In this document: one piece after another, positions 28,589 through 37,942 of the stretch
How the letters are laid out: the number at the start of each line of letters is the position of its first letter
Position numbering within the stretch: position 1 is the first letter of the stretch
NCBI GenBank assembly: GCA_963768055.1
Contig: CAVYGN010000001.1
Span: forward strand, 1,728,001 to 1,792,000
Direction: 5' to 3'
Length of the DNA: 64,000 bases
Source of the DNA: an uncultured Spirochaetota bacterium
GTDB lineage: Bacteria > Spirochaetota > Brevinematia > Brevinematales > JAOACQ01
Notes under the pieces: generated by a model
What the model was told of the DNA's origin: nothing
What the model saw: the letters and a program-made list of their open reading frames with translations, nothing else
The model's database searches: none
Program-made: the position numbers and the translations under genes

Positions 28589-29107
28589 ATGAATATCTAT
28601 CTGATCGGATACCGGGGCAGCGGTAAGACGACCCTTGGAAGAATAATATCGAAGTCCCTCAATTTTTCATTCGCGGAAATAGATGAAATGATAGTTCTGG
28701 AGGAAAAGAGGTCTATCCCGGAAATATTCTCGACTTCCGGGGAGGCGTATTTCAGGGAAAAAGAATCCGGGGTTCTTGAAAGAGCGGCCTCTCTTAACAG
28801 AACTGTCGTTTCGACAGGCGGCGGCATTATTCTGAGCCGGAAAAACCGGGAACTGATGAAAAAAACCGGCTTCTGCGTTTACCTTAAAGCAGGAACTGAT
28901 GTACTTCTCGCCAGGATCGAAGGCGACCATAACCGCCCGCCCCTGACCGCCCTGCCTCTTTCAAAGGAAATCGAGTATATATTAAAAATAAGGACGCCCC
29001 TCTATGAAGAAACAGCAGATGCGACGGTGGATACAGGGTTACTAGCCGTTGAAAAATGTTCTGAAATAATAATAAACGCTTTCCTGAAAAGGGGTGATAA
29101 AAAATGA
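28589..29107 (+). CDS. aroK: Shikimate kinase
   Basis: IGYRGSGKTT, GEAYFR.KE, STGGG, RPPL, RTPLY. Confidence 0.93.
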   Translation: MNIYLIGYRGSGKTTLGRIISKSLNFSFAEIDEMIVLEEKRSIPEIFSTSGEAYFREKESGVLERAASLNRTVVSTGGGIILSRKNRELMKKTGFCVYLKAGTDVLLARIEGDHNRPPLTALPLSKEIEYILKIRTPLYEETADATVDTGLLAVEKCSEIIINAFLKRGDKK

Positions 29108-30123
29108 AGAGGTTTTATTCTTTCATAAAGTTATTGCTTTTAATCGCGGTCATTGTCCTGGCGATCTCGATCATGTTTTACGAATCGACGAAAGACGATC
29201 TGATAAATTACGACCGGTATGACGGGCTTACAAATCTTGTAAACTCATATGATTCCGCAAAAGCGTTTATATTATATGACCCCTATACCCGCGAGGCAGG
29301 GATAAAAATCGAAAATTTCCGTAACGATTTTACCGGCGTCTTCAAATCAGCCTTTACAAATATGTCCAATATGATCAGGAACAGGGGTTTTTACGACAGC
29401 ATTTATTTGTATATCTTAACTAAAAAGATGACCGGCATGGACGGGCTTGTGGATCGTTACTTAACGGGAATGACATCTTTCAAGGATTTTATCATCATCG
29501 ACTCGAAAAATAATATCCTCTACAAGTTTTCAAGCAACAACATCATACCCGCCTACCGCGATTACCATAGCCTGGTGAACATCTATTATACAAATGATTA
29601 TTTAGTAATAAGCGTTAAATACGATAATCCGCTCGACCTCGACATAGAGACGGCTGCGGTTTTCGATACCGGCATTATCATAAAAAAAATTAAAGAAACC
29701 GATTATAACGCCTTCTTTTTAATTGAAGGAAAAATTTATAAAAACTCCGATTTTAACATAGATTTCATTAAGGAGTCTTTAAAAGACATAAAAGCGGGTA
29801 AAAAATTCACATACGGGAATAAGATCATAGAGACCTTTCCGATCAGTATAAGCGGGCTCTCCATCGGGACCCTCGGGGTGATATATCCCAGCAGAGGCAT
29901 TGAAGAGGTATTCCTGCTTGTTTTGAAAATACTGGCTCTTTTGATCATAATCTTCGTCCTTCTTGCCGTCGACCGTTTGATCACAAACTCGATTAAAAGG
30001 AAGAAGAGCAAGGTAAGGCAGGTAAAGAAAAAAGAAGCCGAAGCTATAGAGAACGAGGAGAATGAAAAGAACCTTGACTGGCTTGAAAACTATATAAAGT
30101 CAGAGGAAAAAGATGAGAAGTAG
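29104..30123 (+). CDS. Two-TM membrane protein with periplasmic (Cache-like) region
   Basis: TM at N-terminus and near C-terminus, charged cytoplasmic tail; ATGA-coupled. Confidence 0.6.
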   Translation: MKRFYSFIKLLLLIAVIVLAISIMFYESTKDDLINYDRYDGLTNLVNSYDSAKAFILYDPYTREAGIKIENFRNDFTGVFKSAFTNMSNMIRNRGFYDSIYLYILTKKMTGMDGLVDRYLTGMTSFKDFIIIDSKNNILYKFSSNNIIPAYRDYHSLVNIYYTNDYLVISVKYDNPLDLDIETAAVFDTGIIIKKIKETDYNAFFLIEGKIYKNSDFNIDFIKESLKDIKAGKKFTYGNKIIETFPISISGLSIGTLGVIYPSRGIEEVFLLVLKILALLIIIFVLLAVDRLITNSIKRKKSKVRQVKKKEAEAIENEENEKNLDWLENYIKSEEKDEK

Positions 30124-30889
30124 TTTAATCCTCTTTTTTTGCTTTTCATGGTCTCTTTTTTTCGGCGTTGACTGGTCCCAGAACAATGTCATTAAATTCA
30201 CCCCGGACAATCTCAGTAATTATGAGGGGCTTGAAGATTATAATAACATCGGAACCAGCAACGGATACTTTACCCCTTTGTCCGATACTAACAGCTGGAT
30301 CTTAACATCCGGGATCCCGCTGGAAGAAAATTACGTATTCTCAAGCGCTTTTGTGAACCTGGCAAGGGCCGATGAAAGCGGTGTAACGACAAATTCATAT
30401 GTTACTCTTAAGATTTTTGATAACGCCGACGGTGAAACCATCAGCAAACAGGTATTTTATAAGAGCGGTGCTTTTGAATTGAACAATATATTCCTGAAAA
30501 ATGTTGTCATTTATCTTGAAATTACAGGAAGCGATATACAATTATTTTCTTTCGGAATGACCAGAAAAGAACTTTCATTAATTAATACTAACGAATTCGA
30601 GATATCCCCCTCGATCCTCTTCAGCGGCGAAAACACCCTCGATATCAGCTTCAGTATAAATTATCCGGCCTATACCGACATACTCATCTTCAATAAATTC
30701 GGTAAAATAGTCGATTCGGTCTGCAAAAAAAGGTTTTTTAATGAAGGCACGAATTCCGTTATATGGGACCCCGAAAACAGTCCGGTCAGCGACCTTGTTT
30801 CAGGGGGTTATTTCATTTATTTTAAAGCATTATCACTGAATGGCAAATCCGCTGAGGCCGTAAAAGACCTTATCTTCGTCAAGAATTAA
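30113..30889 (+). CDS. Exported hypothetical protein with C-terminal FlgD Ig-like domain
   Basis: Signal peptide; IFNKFGKIV..GTNSVIWD...LVSGGYFI. Confidence 0.6.
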   Translation: MRSSLILFFCFSWSLFFGVDWSQNNVIKFTPDNLSNYEGLEDYNNIGTSNGYFTPLSDTNSWILTSGIPLEENYVFSSAFVNLARADESGVTTNSYVTLKIFDNADGETISKQVFYKSGAFELNNIFLKNVVIYLEITGSDIQLFSFGMTRKELSLINTNEFEISPSILFSGENTLDISFSINYPAYTDILIFNKFGKIVDSVCKKRFFNEGTNSVIWDPENSPVSDLVSGGYFIYFKALSLNGKSAEAVKDLIFVKN

Positions 30890-30906
30890 GTGTCAAAGAG
30901 CCTTTA

Positions 30907-30935
30907 TTGACATCAATAAAAAAATATGCTATAAA
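30907..30935 (+). promoter_or_regulatory. Sigma70 promoter with extended -10
   Basis: TTGACA-17 nt-TATAAA preceded by TGC. Confidence 0.65.
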
Positions 30936-31008
30936 GATGTGCTTGTTTTTTAACCGGTAAAAACCCGGGGCTTTTTCATGATTTTGAAATAAATTTCAGG
31001 AGGGTATT

Positions 31009-31458
31009 ATGTTAAGAAGAATGTTATGCATGCTTGCAGTATTGGTTTTATCCCTTATTTCGTTAAATTCCTGTTCAAACAATCCCGGTTCAAATAACTC
31101 AAGTTCTAGTTCATCCACAACTCAGTTGGAGATTATTAATAATTCAGGTCTATGGCTGGGCTGTGTAGGATGGATCGATTCTGGCAGTAATGAGTGGTAT
31201 TTTGTACCCGATTATTATTCATCGGGCGGTTATACAACCGGTTTATTTAGCGGCGACTCTTATACTCAAAGTGTTAATACAGGTTCAAGCCCTGTATTTT
31301 TTAGCATAGGCACATCGTCCGTCAGGCATCATACAACCACTTACGTTAACGTTACAGCGGGCTCGTCTGTTACATTTACAATTGATAGTTTAACCACCTA
31401 TGTTTTATCGACAGTAAAAGAGGGACTTACGAATATTACCACCAATTCCTTTAAGTGA
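31009..31458 (+). CDS. Lipoprotein, Ser/Thr-rich, beta-rich domain
   Basis: Lipobox-like ISLNSC followed by NNSSSSSS linker; AGGAGG RBS. Confidence 0.7.
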   Translation: MLRRMLCMLAVLVLSLISLNSCSNNPGSNNSSSSSSTTQLEIINNSGLWLGCVGWIDSGSNEWYFVPDYYSSGGYTTGLFSGDSYTQSVNTGSSPVFFSIGTSSVRHHTTTYVNVTAGSSVTFTIDSLTTYVLSTVKEGLTNITTNSFK

Positions 31459-31594
31459 TTTTTTAAACAAACATCTGCCCGTCGCGGATAGTGTAAATTA
31501 TATCGATCTTTTGTCCTTATTTTTTTAAGCCGCCTTTCTTTCAATCCAAGATTAATATTGGCGCATCCGGCTATGATTAACGGGATAGGTATAA

Positions 31595-32383
31595 ATGAAG
31601 TATTATGAATTTTCAAAATTTGATAGAATTAAGATAAAAAAATCCATATATGAAAATATTTTTAATGATTTAAATCATGGGCTTTTTAATAACTTGCTTA
31701 AATATTCAACGGATCCCGATACTTACATGCGGAAAAACGCTTATCTTTGCATAGGAAAAATTTATATTGAAAATCCGGAGTTAAGAAATAAAATCCTTGA
31801 ATTTTTGACGAATAATATCGATAGCCCGGATGAAAAAGTAAGGCAGACAGTAGTGTATTCTTTGGCCGGGATCGGTTCGGCAGATTTTAATTCAATCACA
31901 GGCCTGCTGATAAAGTCAATGAGCGATCCCCACCATTCGGTCAGAAACGCGGTAATCGGGGTATTAAAACAATTATGCCTGAAAAATCCTGTTCAAACAA
32001 TTGAATACTCAAAAAAATACCTTCATCATGATGATTATAAAATCAGGCGTGAAATTATTCATGGTCTGGAACTTAGAGGCAGAACCCACCCTGATGAAAT
32101 TTTACCGCTTCTATACGAGGTTCAAAACGACGATCATAAGTTAATAAAAAAAATGATAATTCATGTTCTGGGCCAGATCAGCTACAAAAAAGGATGCCTT
32201 GAAAAAGTAATATCCCATTTAAAAATCTGGCCTGATAAAGAACTGGTCCGAAGAGCTTTAGAGGAAATTATTAAAGTGCATTATAATTATCATAAATTCA
32301 GTTATTATCCGCCGGGATATGTTGAAGATTATATAAAAAAAGAGCTTGGGGACGTTAAACCTGCAAGTCTCACGCCCGCTTGA
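31595..32383 (+). CDS. HEAT-repeat protein (DNA-alkylation-repair-like fold)
   Basis: Repeated DPDTYMRKNA, DEKVRQT, DPHHSVRNA, DDYKIRRE units. Confidence 0.75.
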   Translation: MKYYEFSKFDRIKIKKSIYENIFNDLNHGLFNNLLKYSTDPDTYMRKNAYLCIGKIYIENPELRNKILEFLTNNIDSPDEKVRQTVVYSLAGIGSADFNSITGLLIKSMSDPHHSVRNAVIGVLKQLCLKNPVQTIEYSKKYLHHDDYKIRREIIHGLELRGRTHPDEILPLLYEVQNDDHKLIKKMIIHVLGQISYKKGCLEKVISHLKIWPDKELVRRALEEIIKVHYNYHKFSYYPPGYVEDYIKKELGDVKPASLTPA

Positions 32384-32423
32384 TTTTTATTTTTATTTAT
32401 GGCATGCTAATATTAAAGTATTA

Positions 32424-32560
32424 AGGGCGGTTCCAAAAACTAGATTTTTGAAAAACAATCGTAATAATGAATCTAATAATTCCGCCCAATGGTGCCCTGG
32501 TGCCTGGCCCCAGGACAGGCCGCTTGTCCCCGTAAGGGGGGCAGTTATTAGAAGTGCCTT
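32424..32560. mobile_element. Putative MITE (about 137 bp, non-autonomous)
   Basis: Imperfect 18-bp terminal inverted repeats AGGGCGGTTCCAAAAACT / AGTTATTAGAAGTGCCTT (13/18), TA on both flanks, GC-rich internal hairpins. Confidence 0.5.
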
Positions 32561-32588
32561 TAATCTTATAACCGGAGGGTTATATCTT

Positions 32589-33569
32589 ATGAAAATGTTT
32601 TTGTTTTTCTGCGTGATCGTTTTAGGCTGTACAGTTGCTTCATTCTCATTGTGGGACAGCGGGACTAAGACCGGGGTGATCTATTTCACAGTCTCAGACG
32701 GGATTACCGAGGTCGACCCCAAAGCCTTATCTGAAATCCTCCAGTCGGAGCTTGTTAAAAAAAAGGCTTTCCTTGTAGTTGAAAGGAGCCAGATACAAAA
32801 GATAATGGATGAAAAGAAACTGGAACTTGCCGGTTTGACTGAAAGCGAAACGGCTACCCGCCTCGGAAGCCTTCTGGGGGCGGATAAAATAATCACCGGT
32901 TCGATTTCAAAGCTGGGCAAGAACTATTATATTATAATCAAGGGCATCAATACAAAGGACGGCGTGGTCGAATACAGCGAAGAGGGGACATCGGAAACCC
33001 TCGAGGCTTTGCCCGATGTCCTGCACGAGATGGCCGACAGGCTCGCCGGCGAAGCGACCGGGTCGTCTGCGGTTTCATCCTCTAAAGTGGAAAGCGGGAC
33101 TATTACCGGGAACAATATCGACAAACTCCAGCAGATGGTACTAAACAGGCAGTTTTTAAAATCAGATAAAATTCCCGAAATGCAGAATTATTCCGGACAG
33201 GTCCCTCTTTCAGTAAGGGATTTGATCTATCAAAAATACGATTCAGGGTGGGGCTGGCCGCTTGTAGGGGATGTTTTCATCCCGAGCCTTGGAAGTTATC
33301 TTCAGGGCGATTACCTGGGCGGTACCATCACGCTGGTCGGATTTTACGGATAATTGATAGCAAACAAGCAGCTTGACGGCGCTTTTATTTATATATTCTT
33401 ACTATCTTATGGATTCAATATTGTAGAACCTATTTTATATTCAAGGAATTACAACACCAAATTAAGGTCGTCCCTGCTCCTCTCCTCCGATGATTTTCCG
33501 GAGAATTCATATGCCTGCAGGCAACGTGATATTCGTTTCGATGTAAGCCTGTTCGAAATGGAATTTTAA
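32589..33569 (+). pseudogene. CsgG-like domain plus P13-like C-terminal domain protein, split by an in-frame TAA (33351-33353)
   Basis: Signal peptide, VERSQI..IM.E, GSISKLG; GSYLQGDYLGG resembles Borrelia P13; frame continues after TAA to 33569 ending in Phe. Confidence 0.65.
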
Positions 33570-33580
33570 GGCGGTTTTAT

Positions 33581-34150
33581 ATGCTTATAGAGCATTTAAG
33601 GCTGTTCGGACTCGATCCTGGCGCAGCCCCTGACGATGTGAAAAAAGCTTACAGAAGACTGGCTAAAAAAAACCATCCCGACAGGTTTTCAGATATCGAA
33701 CAAAAAAAAAATCAGGAAAAAATAATGGCCCGGATAAACGAGGCGTATAAATCAATCCTCGCCGATTATAAAAATATCAAAAACGCGTTAAAACCTGAGT
33801 ACCCGGAACAAAATATAAATAAATCGGAAAAAGAAAATGATACTATGCTTTATAAAAGGGGCGTTGAATACTTCAATAAATATAACGGCAGCGTATCGTT
33901 AAAAAACGCCCAGTATACCGAATTCGACCGTGAAACAGTGGAAGAAAAGGTTAATAATCTTATGAAAGCGAGTTCCTGTTTCTCTCGACTGGTCCAGGTC
34001 TATCCTGACAGCGACTGGGCTTATGATTCCGGAGAAAGATTGAAAATTATTGAAAAAAATATAAAACTCCTTAAAGAAAGGCAATCGGACGACAAAAATC
34101 AGCCTATCCCCAGGTATTTAAAAAAATTTAAAAATATATTCTGGTCCTGA
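33581..34150 (+). CDS. J-domain (DnaJ-like) protein
   Basis: VKKAYRRLAKKNHPD and INEAY. Confidence 0.85.
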   Translation: MLIEHLRLFGLDPGAAPDDVKKAYRRLAKKNHPDRFSDIEQKKNQEKIMARINEAYKSILADYKNIKNALKPEYPEQNINKSEKENDTMLYKRGVEYFNKYNGSVSLKNAQYTEFDRETVEEKVNNLMKASSCFSRLVQVYPDSDWAYDSGERLKIIEKNIKLLKERQSDDKNQPIPRYLKKFKNIFWS

Positions 34151-34166
34151 AGCCCGGATATTCCCT

Positions 34167-36500
34167 TCACCACTTCATCCAGACTCCAAGTTCCGGGTAA
34201 ATGCCTATAAAGTTTGTATTCTCAACAATCGTGCTGTAATTGTCTTTATAACTAATGGAAGTCACCGGCCTGTAATTATAGACATTGTTTACCTGCAGGT
34301 AAACGCCCGATGGCAGGCCGAAGAGCATACCGGTGTATTCAAGCTTCAGGTTCAGGGAATTTACATCGGGAAGCCGGGCGGAATTGTAGGTTTCCCATAC
34401 CGGCGTATAAAAAGTATTAGAACCGACAGTATTTGTCTGGACAGACTTAAGCGGCGTGTACTGGCTGCCTGACTGCCACTGGAATTCTGAAGTAAGGGAC
34501 CAGTTCTTGCTTATCTGCCATATAACAACCAGGTCAAGCTTGTAAAGGAGGGAGCCCGGGTCAAACCACTCGTCCACCGGAGGGTTGGCGTACTGGCCGT
34601 AGACGGTTTCGGAGGGGCCTCCCATAATCGATCCCGGATTAAGGTTATAAAGGGAATCGGGCTCGTAGCCGGAATTGCGGTATCCCCTTACAAAATAGCT
34701 GGAGAGGCTCATCCATCCGTACAGCGGAAAATCGTCGCTTTTTTTCGTAAGAAGGAGGTCGATCCCGTAAATCTGGCGCTGTTCCCCGGTGGTCTGTAAA
34801 AGGTATTCGATATTGGATTCCTGGGAAACGTAATTTTCATATTGTTTAAAATACCCCTCCAGGCTTATATTATAAACACCGCTGAAGTCGAGCCCCGTCC
34901 CCAGAATATAATGCCAGCAGCCCGGCATGTTAAGTCCGGCGTTAGTGTCAAGGACCGCGAGGTCGAAGGCATCGGAAGGAAACTCCGAAAGATATCCCAC
35001 GCTCGCATAAATTTTGTCCTGCGGGGTAAACCTGTACCCTAAAGTAAGGCGCGGATCGAGAGAGTATTTTTTTATATAATCCACGTAATTGAACCGCAGT
35101 CCGTCCTCGATATAAATGCTTTTATCGAAGAGATCGGATTCGTTTTCTATAAAGGCCGAATAAATCCCGAACGTCCCCTGGTAGGAATTGCTGCCGGCGA
35201 CAACCCATTCTGGCTGTCCGGTTACCTGGTTTGTAATCATACTGGTGATGTAATTCGTATAATAAAGCCCGGGATAATAAATTATCTCCCCGCCGATATC
35301 GAACGACACGTCATCTGACGGTGAATAGCCGACGGACCCCTTGTATCTAAGGTCATAAGCGGAATCCCTCATGAGGCTCGAGTTGTCCGGCTCCGTCATT
35401 TCCCAATCCATATAGCTGTACATGCTGCCGAACGACTGGTCTATCGACCATTCCCTTGAAAACGAATGTTTCCAGTCAAGGTTTATCACCGCGTCGGAAT
35501 AATCTATAATCCCTGAATTTGTTACGGAAATGTTTGAAAAAGTCGCATTCGTGTAGGACATCGGTTCCTCCGAGAAAAGCCAGACAAGGGAAACCGTATC
35601 AGCGCCGTCTTTATACTGGATCTTTCCCTGGGAGTCAAGGTAATAAGGGGCATGAAAATTCGAACCTCCTCCCTGGATAAAAAGAGGGAGGATAAGGTCG
35701 TACTGCGTCCTCCTGATCCCCCCGACGAAATTCCATTTCTGGTCTTCCGACGCCCCCGAGAGCGTAATATAGGTATTGATAAGCCCCAGGTCCGCCTTGC
35801 CATGAAATCCCGGTTCCCCGTCGATCGTATTGACCTGGAGGAGACTCGACATGGCCTGCCCGTACTCTGCGGGAAGGACCCCCTTGTAGAGGTCTATGCT
35901 GTCGACGATGTCGTCGATAAAAACGGAGTCGCCTATAAAATGATGATAGGGGTATTGTATCAAAGCGTCGTCAAGGAGAGCGGCATTTTCATTGCCAGAA
36001 CCGCCCCTGACGGAGAGTTTGGTATTATCCTGAAGGTTGCCCATGCCGAGATCCTCCACCCCCGGCATAAGGGTCAATGAGTGCACGGGGTCGCCTGTGA
36101 TGGACTCAGGGGCCTTGTCGCGCAGGTCTTTCGGTATGACATTCTTCGACTCGGTATCCTTCAGCTTTTCTCCTGTAACATCCACTTCGGAAAGATAAAG
36201 GGAACTTTGGGGAATCATATAGAAATAAATATTAATATCCGTTTTTACGGTTATCTCTTTCGATTCCTGATAATACCCTGCAGCCATCGCCGACATGGTG
36301 TAACTTCCTGCCGGAGCGTCGATAATATAAGAACCGTTATCTTCAGTCCGGGCTGTTATTAATGTATTTGTTCCCGATTTGAGAATAACAGCGGCGGAGG
36401 GGATTCCTGCGCGCGTATCGGACCTGAAAACCCTTCCCCTGATCTGGAAGCCGAATGTCATGGCCGGCAGTATCATTATAGCTATTAAAAAAAATCTCAT
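34167..36500 (-). CDS. TonB-dependent receptor with N-terminal carboxypeptidase-regulatory-like domain
   Basis: Signal peptide, plug motifs DPVHSL..MPGV, SVRGG..EN, YKG..PAEYG; DPRL; aromatic C-terminal residue. Confidence 0.85.
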   Translation of the reverse strand: MRFFLIAIMILPAMTFGFQIRGRVFRSDTRAGIPSAAVILKSGTNTLITARTEDNGSYIIDAPAGSYTMSAMAAGYYQESKEITVKTDINIYFYMIPQSSLYLSEVDVTGEKLKDTESKNVIPKDLRDKAPESITGDPVHSLTLMPGVEDLGMGNLQDNTKLSVRGGSGNENAALLDDALIQYPYHHFIGDSVFIDDIVDSIDLYKGVLPAEYGQAMSSLLQVNTIDGEPGFHGKADLGLINTYITLSGASEDQKWNFVGGIRRTQYDLILPLFIQGGGSNFHAPYYLDSQGKIQYKDGADTVSLVWLFSEEPMSYTNATFSNISVTNSGIIDYSDAVINLDWKHSFSREWSIDQSFGSMYSYMDWEMTEPDNSSLMRDSAYDLRYKGSVGYSPSDDVSFDIGGEIIYYPGLYYTNYITSMITNQVTGQPEWVVAGSNSYQGTFGIYSAFIENESDLFDKSIYIEDGLRFNYVDYIKKYSLDPRLTLGYRFTPQDKIYASVGYLSEFPSDAFDLAVLDTNAGLNMPGCWHYILGTGLDFSGVYNISLEGYFKQYENYVSQESNIEYLLQTTGEQRQIYGIDLLLTKKSDDFPLYGWMSLSSYFVRGYRNSGYEPDSLYNLNPGSIMGGPSETVYGQYANPPVDEWFDPGSLLYKLDLVVIWQISKNWSLTSEFQWQSGSQYTPLKSVQTNTVGSNTFYTPVWETYNSARLPDVNSLNLKLEYTGMLFGLPSGVYLQVNNVYNYRPVTSISYKDNYSTIVENTNFIGIYPELGVWMKW

Positions 36501-36634
36501 CCTATCGCCCTCCCGGTTAGACGCGTCCACAAATATTTAAACACATGAAAAAGGAGAATATGTTACTTTTGAATTGGCAAATATTGTGCCAACCGGAGGA
36601 AATTGATATTACGGGCTTTCAACCAGGGGATCAA

Positions 36635-37942
36635 TTAATTCCCTCTATCGAAAATATAAAAAAATTCCTGCTTGACCGGATCCTCAACAGACAGGATCAT
36701 GAGGTCTTTTTCCGTACTGACCTCGGCGATTATGCCTGTATCGCCTAAGGCCATTGGATCGTCGATGGCTTTATAGCGGTATACTACTTCGCCTTCATCC
36801 GAATAAAGGGAAAGGGTGTCTATCTTTTCATATTTGCTTCTGCCGATAATATTAGATTCTGCGAAGGCCTCGAAACTTACGTCAGGCTGGCTCCCCCTGA
36901 ACTGCTCGAGGTCATGCCTGGACCTGAAGTTGTACATATAAGCCCTGTTATTTAAAAGGTAATAATTCAAATTCATATCGTTATTGAACATAAGGCTTTT
37001 CAAGGGCGTCAGGCGGATTGTTTTCAGGTTAAAATCATATGCTAAAACACCTGCTCCGGTATCAATAAACAGGGTATCGTTCCTTACGCTAGATTTCAAA
37101 AACCCGTATCTCAGCCATTCAGGCCTTATTTTGAAAATCATGTTGTCCTTTTTAAAATTGAGGATCGGAATCTGCTGCTGTGCCGAGGATAAGTCGTAAG
37201 ACCAGAAATTTTTATTATCGTTTAAAATAAGAAGGTCGTTTCTCCAGTTGAAACCGGAGGCTTCCATGGTATAGGCATATAATTCACCTGAGTCCGTCTT
37301 GTAAACGCATAATAAGTATTGTCCCCTGATTCTGAAAAGTATGCTCATTAAATCCGATTCGCCTGAAAATTTGATCCCCGATATTTCGATTGTGTCTTCC
37401 CTGAAACTGCCTATATAAATAGATTTCCCTGAAGAAATGTCGAATAACTCGAGATTATCTGCCGCCGGAATATTAGTTGTAACCCCCTTCAAAAGGAAAA
37501 GAGAGCTCCGTGTCGATGGATAAATTTCCTGAAAATCCGGGACGCTTTGAGAATTTTCCTCCGAACGGTCTGTAATATTATATTTTATAAGCTTGCCTTT
37601 TTTATGCAGGAACAAATAATCCTTTCCGTTCTCCCTTGTTATTTTCCCTGACAGAGAAGGCTTGGATTTAATATCCGAAAGTTTATCGGCGTAAATTGTC
37701 AGGTAATCTTTCCTGATCCAGCCTGAAAGACCGTTATAACTTATATGGATAAAGGCATCCTTCGATTTGTCCGTCTGAACCGCTGTCCCCGGAAGAAGAA
37801 TTAAAAATCCCCCGTTTTTTTTCGCATCTTCGATTTCCATCCTGGCATTCCAGGAATTAACTGTGGCCTGGAGGGAGAACAGCCGGCTGAAACAAAAAAT
37901 AAAAACGAAGAGCGGGATCAATTTAAATGAACTTGCTTTCAT
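36635..37942 (-). CDS. Exported hypothetical protein (N-terminal SH3-like, beta-rich remainder)
   Basis: Signal peptide; YNGLSGWIRKDYL SH3b-like motif; overlaps the topA 3' end. Confidence 0.55.
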   Translation of the reverse strand: MKASSFKLIPLFVFIFCFSRLFSLQATVNSWNARMEIEDAKKNGGFLILLPGTAVQTDKSKDAFIHISYNGLSGWIRKDYLTIYADKLSDIKSKPSLSGKITRENGKDYLFLHKKGKLIKYNITDRSEENSQSVPDFQEIYPSTRSSLFLLKGVTTNIPAADNLELFDISSGKSIYIGSFREDTIEISGIKFSGESDLMSILFRIRGQYLLCVYKTDSGELYAYTMEASGFNWRNDLLILNDNKNFWSYDLSSAQQQIPILNFKKDNMIFKIRPEWLRYGFLKSSVRNDTLFIDTGAGVLAYDFNLKTIRLTPLKSLMFNNDMNLNYYLLNNRAYMYNFRSRHDLEQFRGSQPDVSFEAFAESNIIGRSKYEKIDTLSLYSDEGEVVYRYKAIDDPMALGDTGIIAEVSTEKDLMILSVEDPVKQEFFYIFDRGN

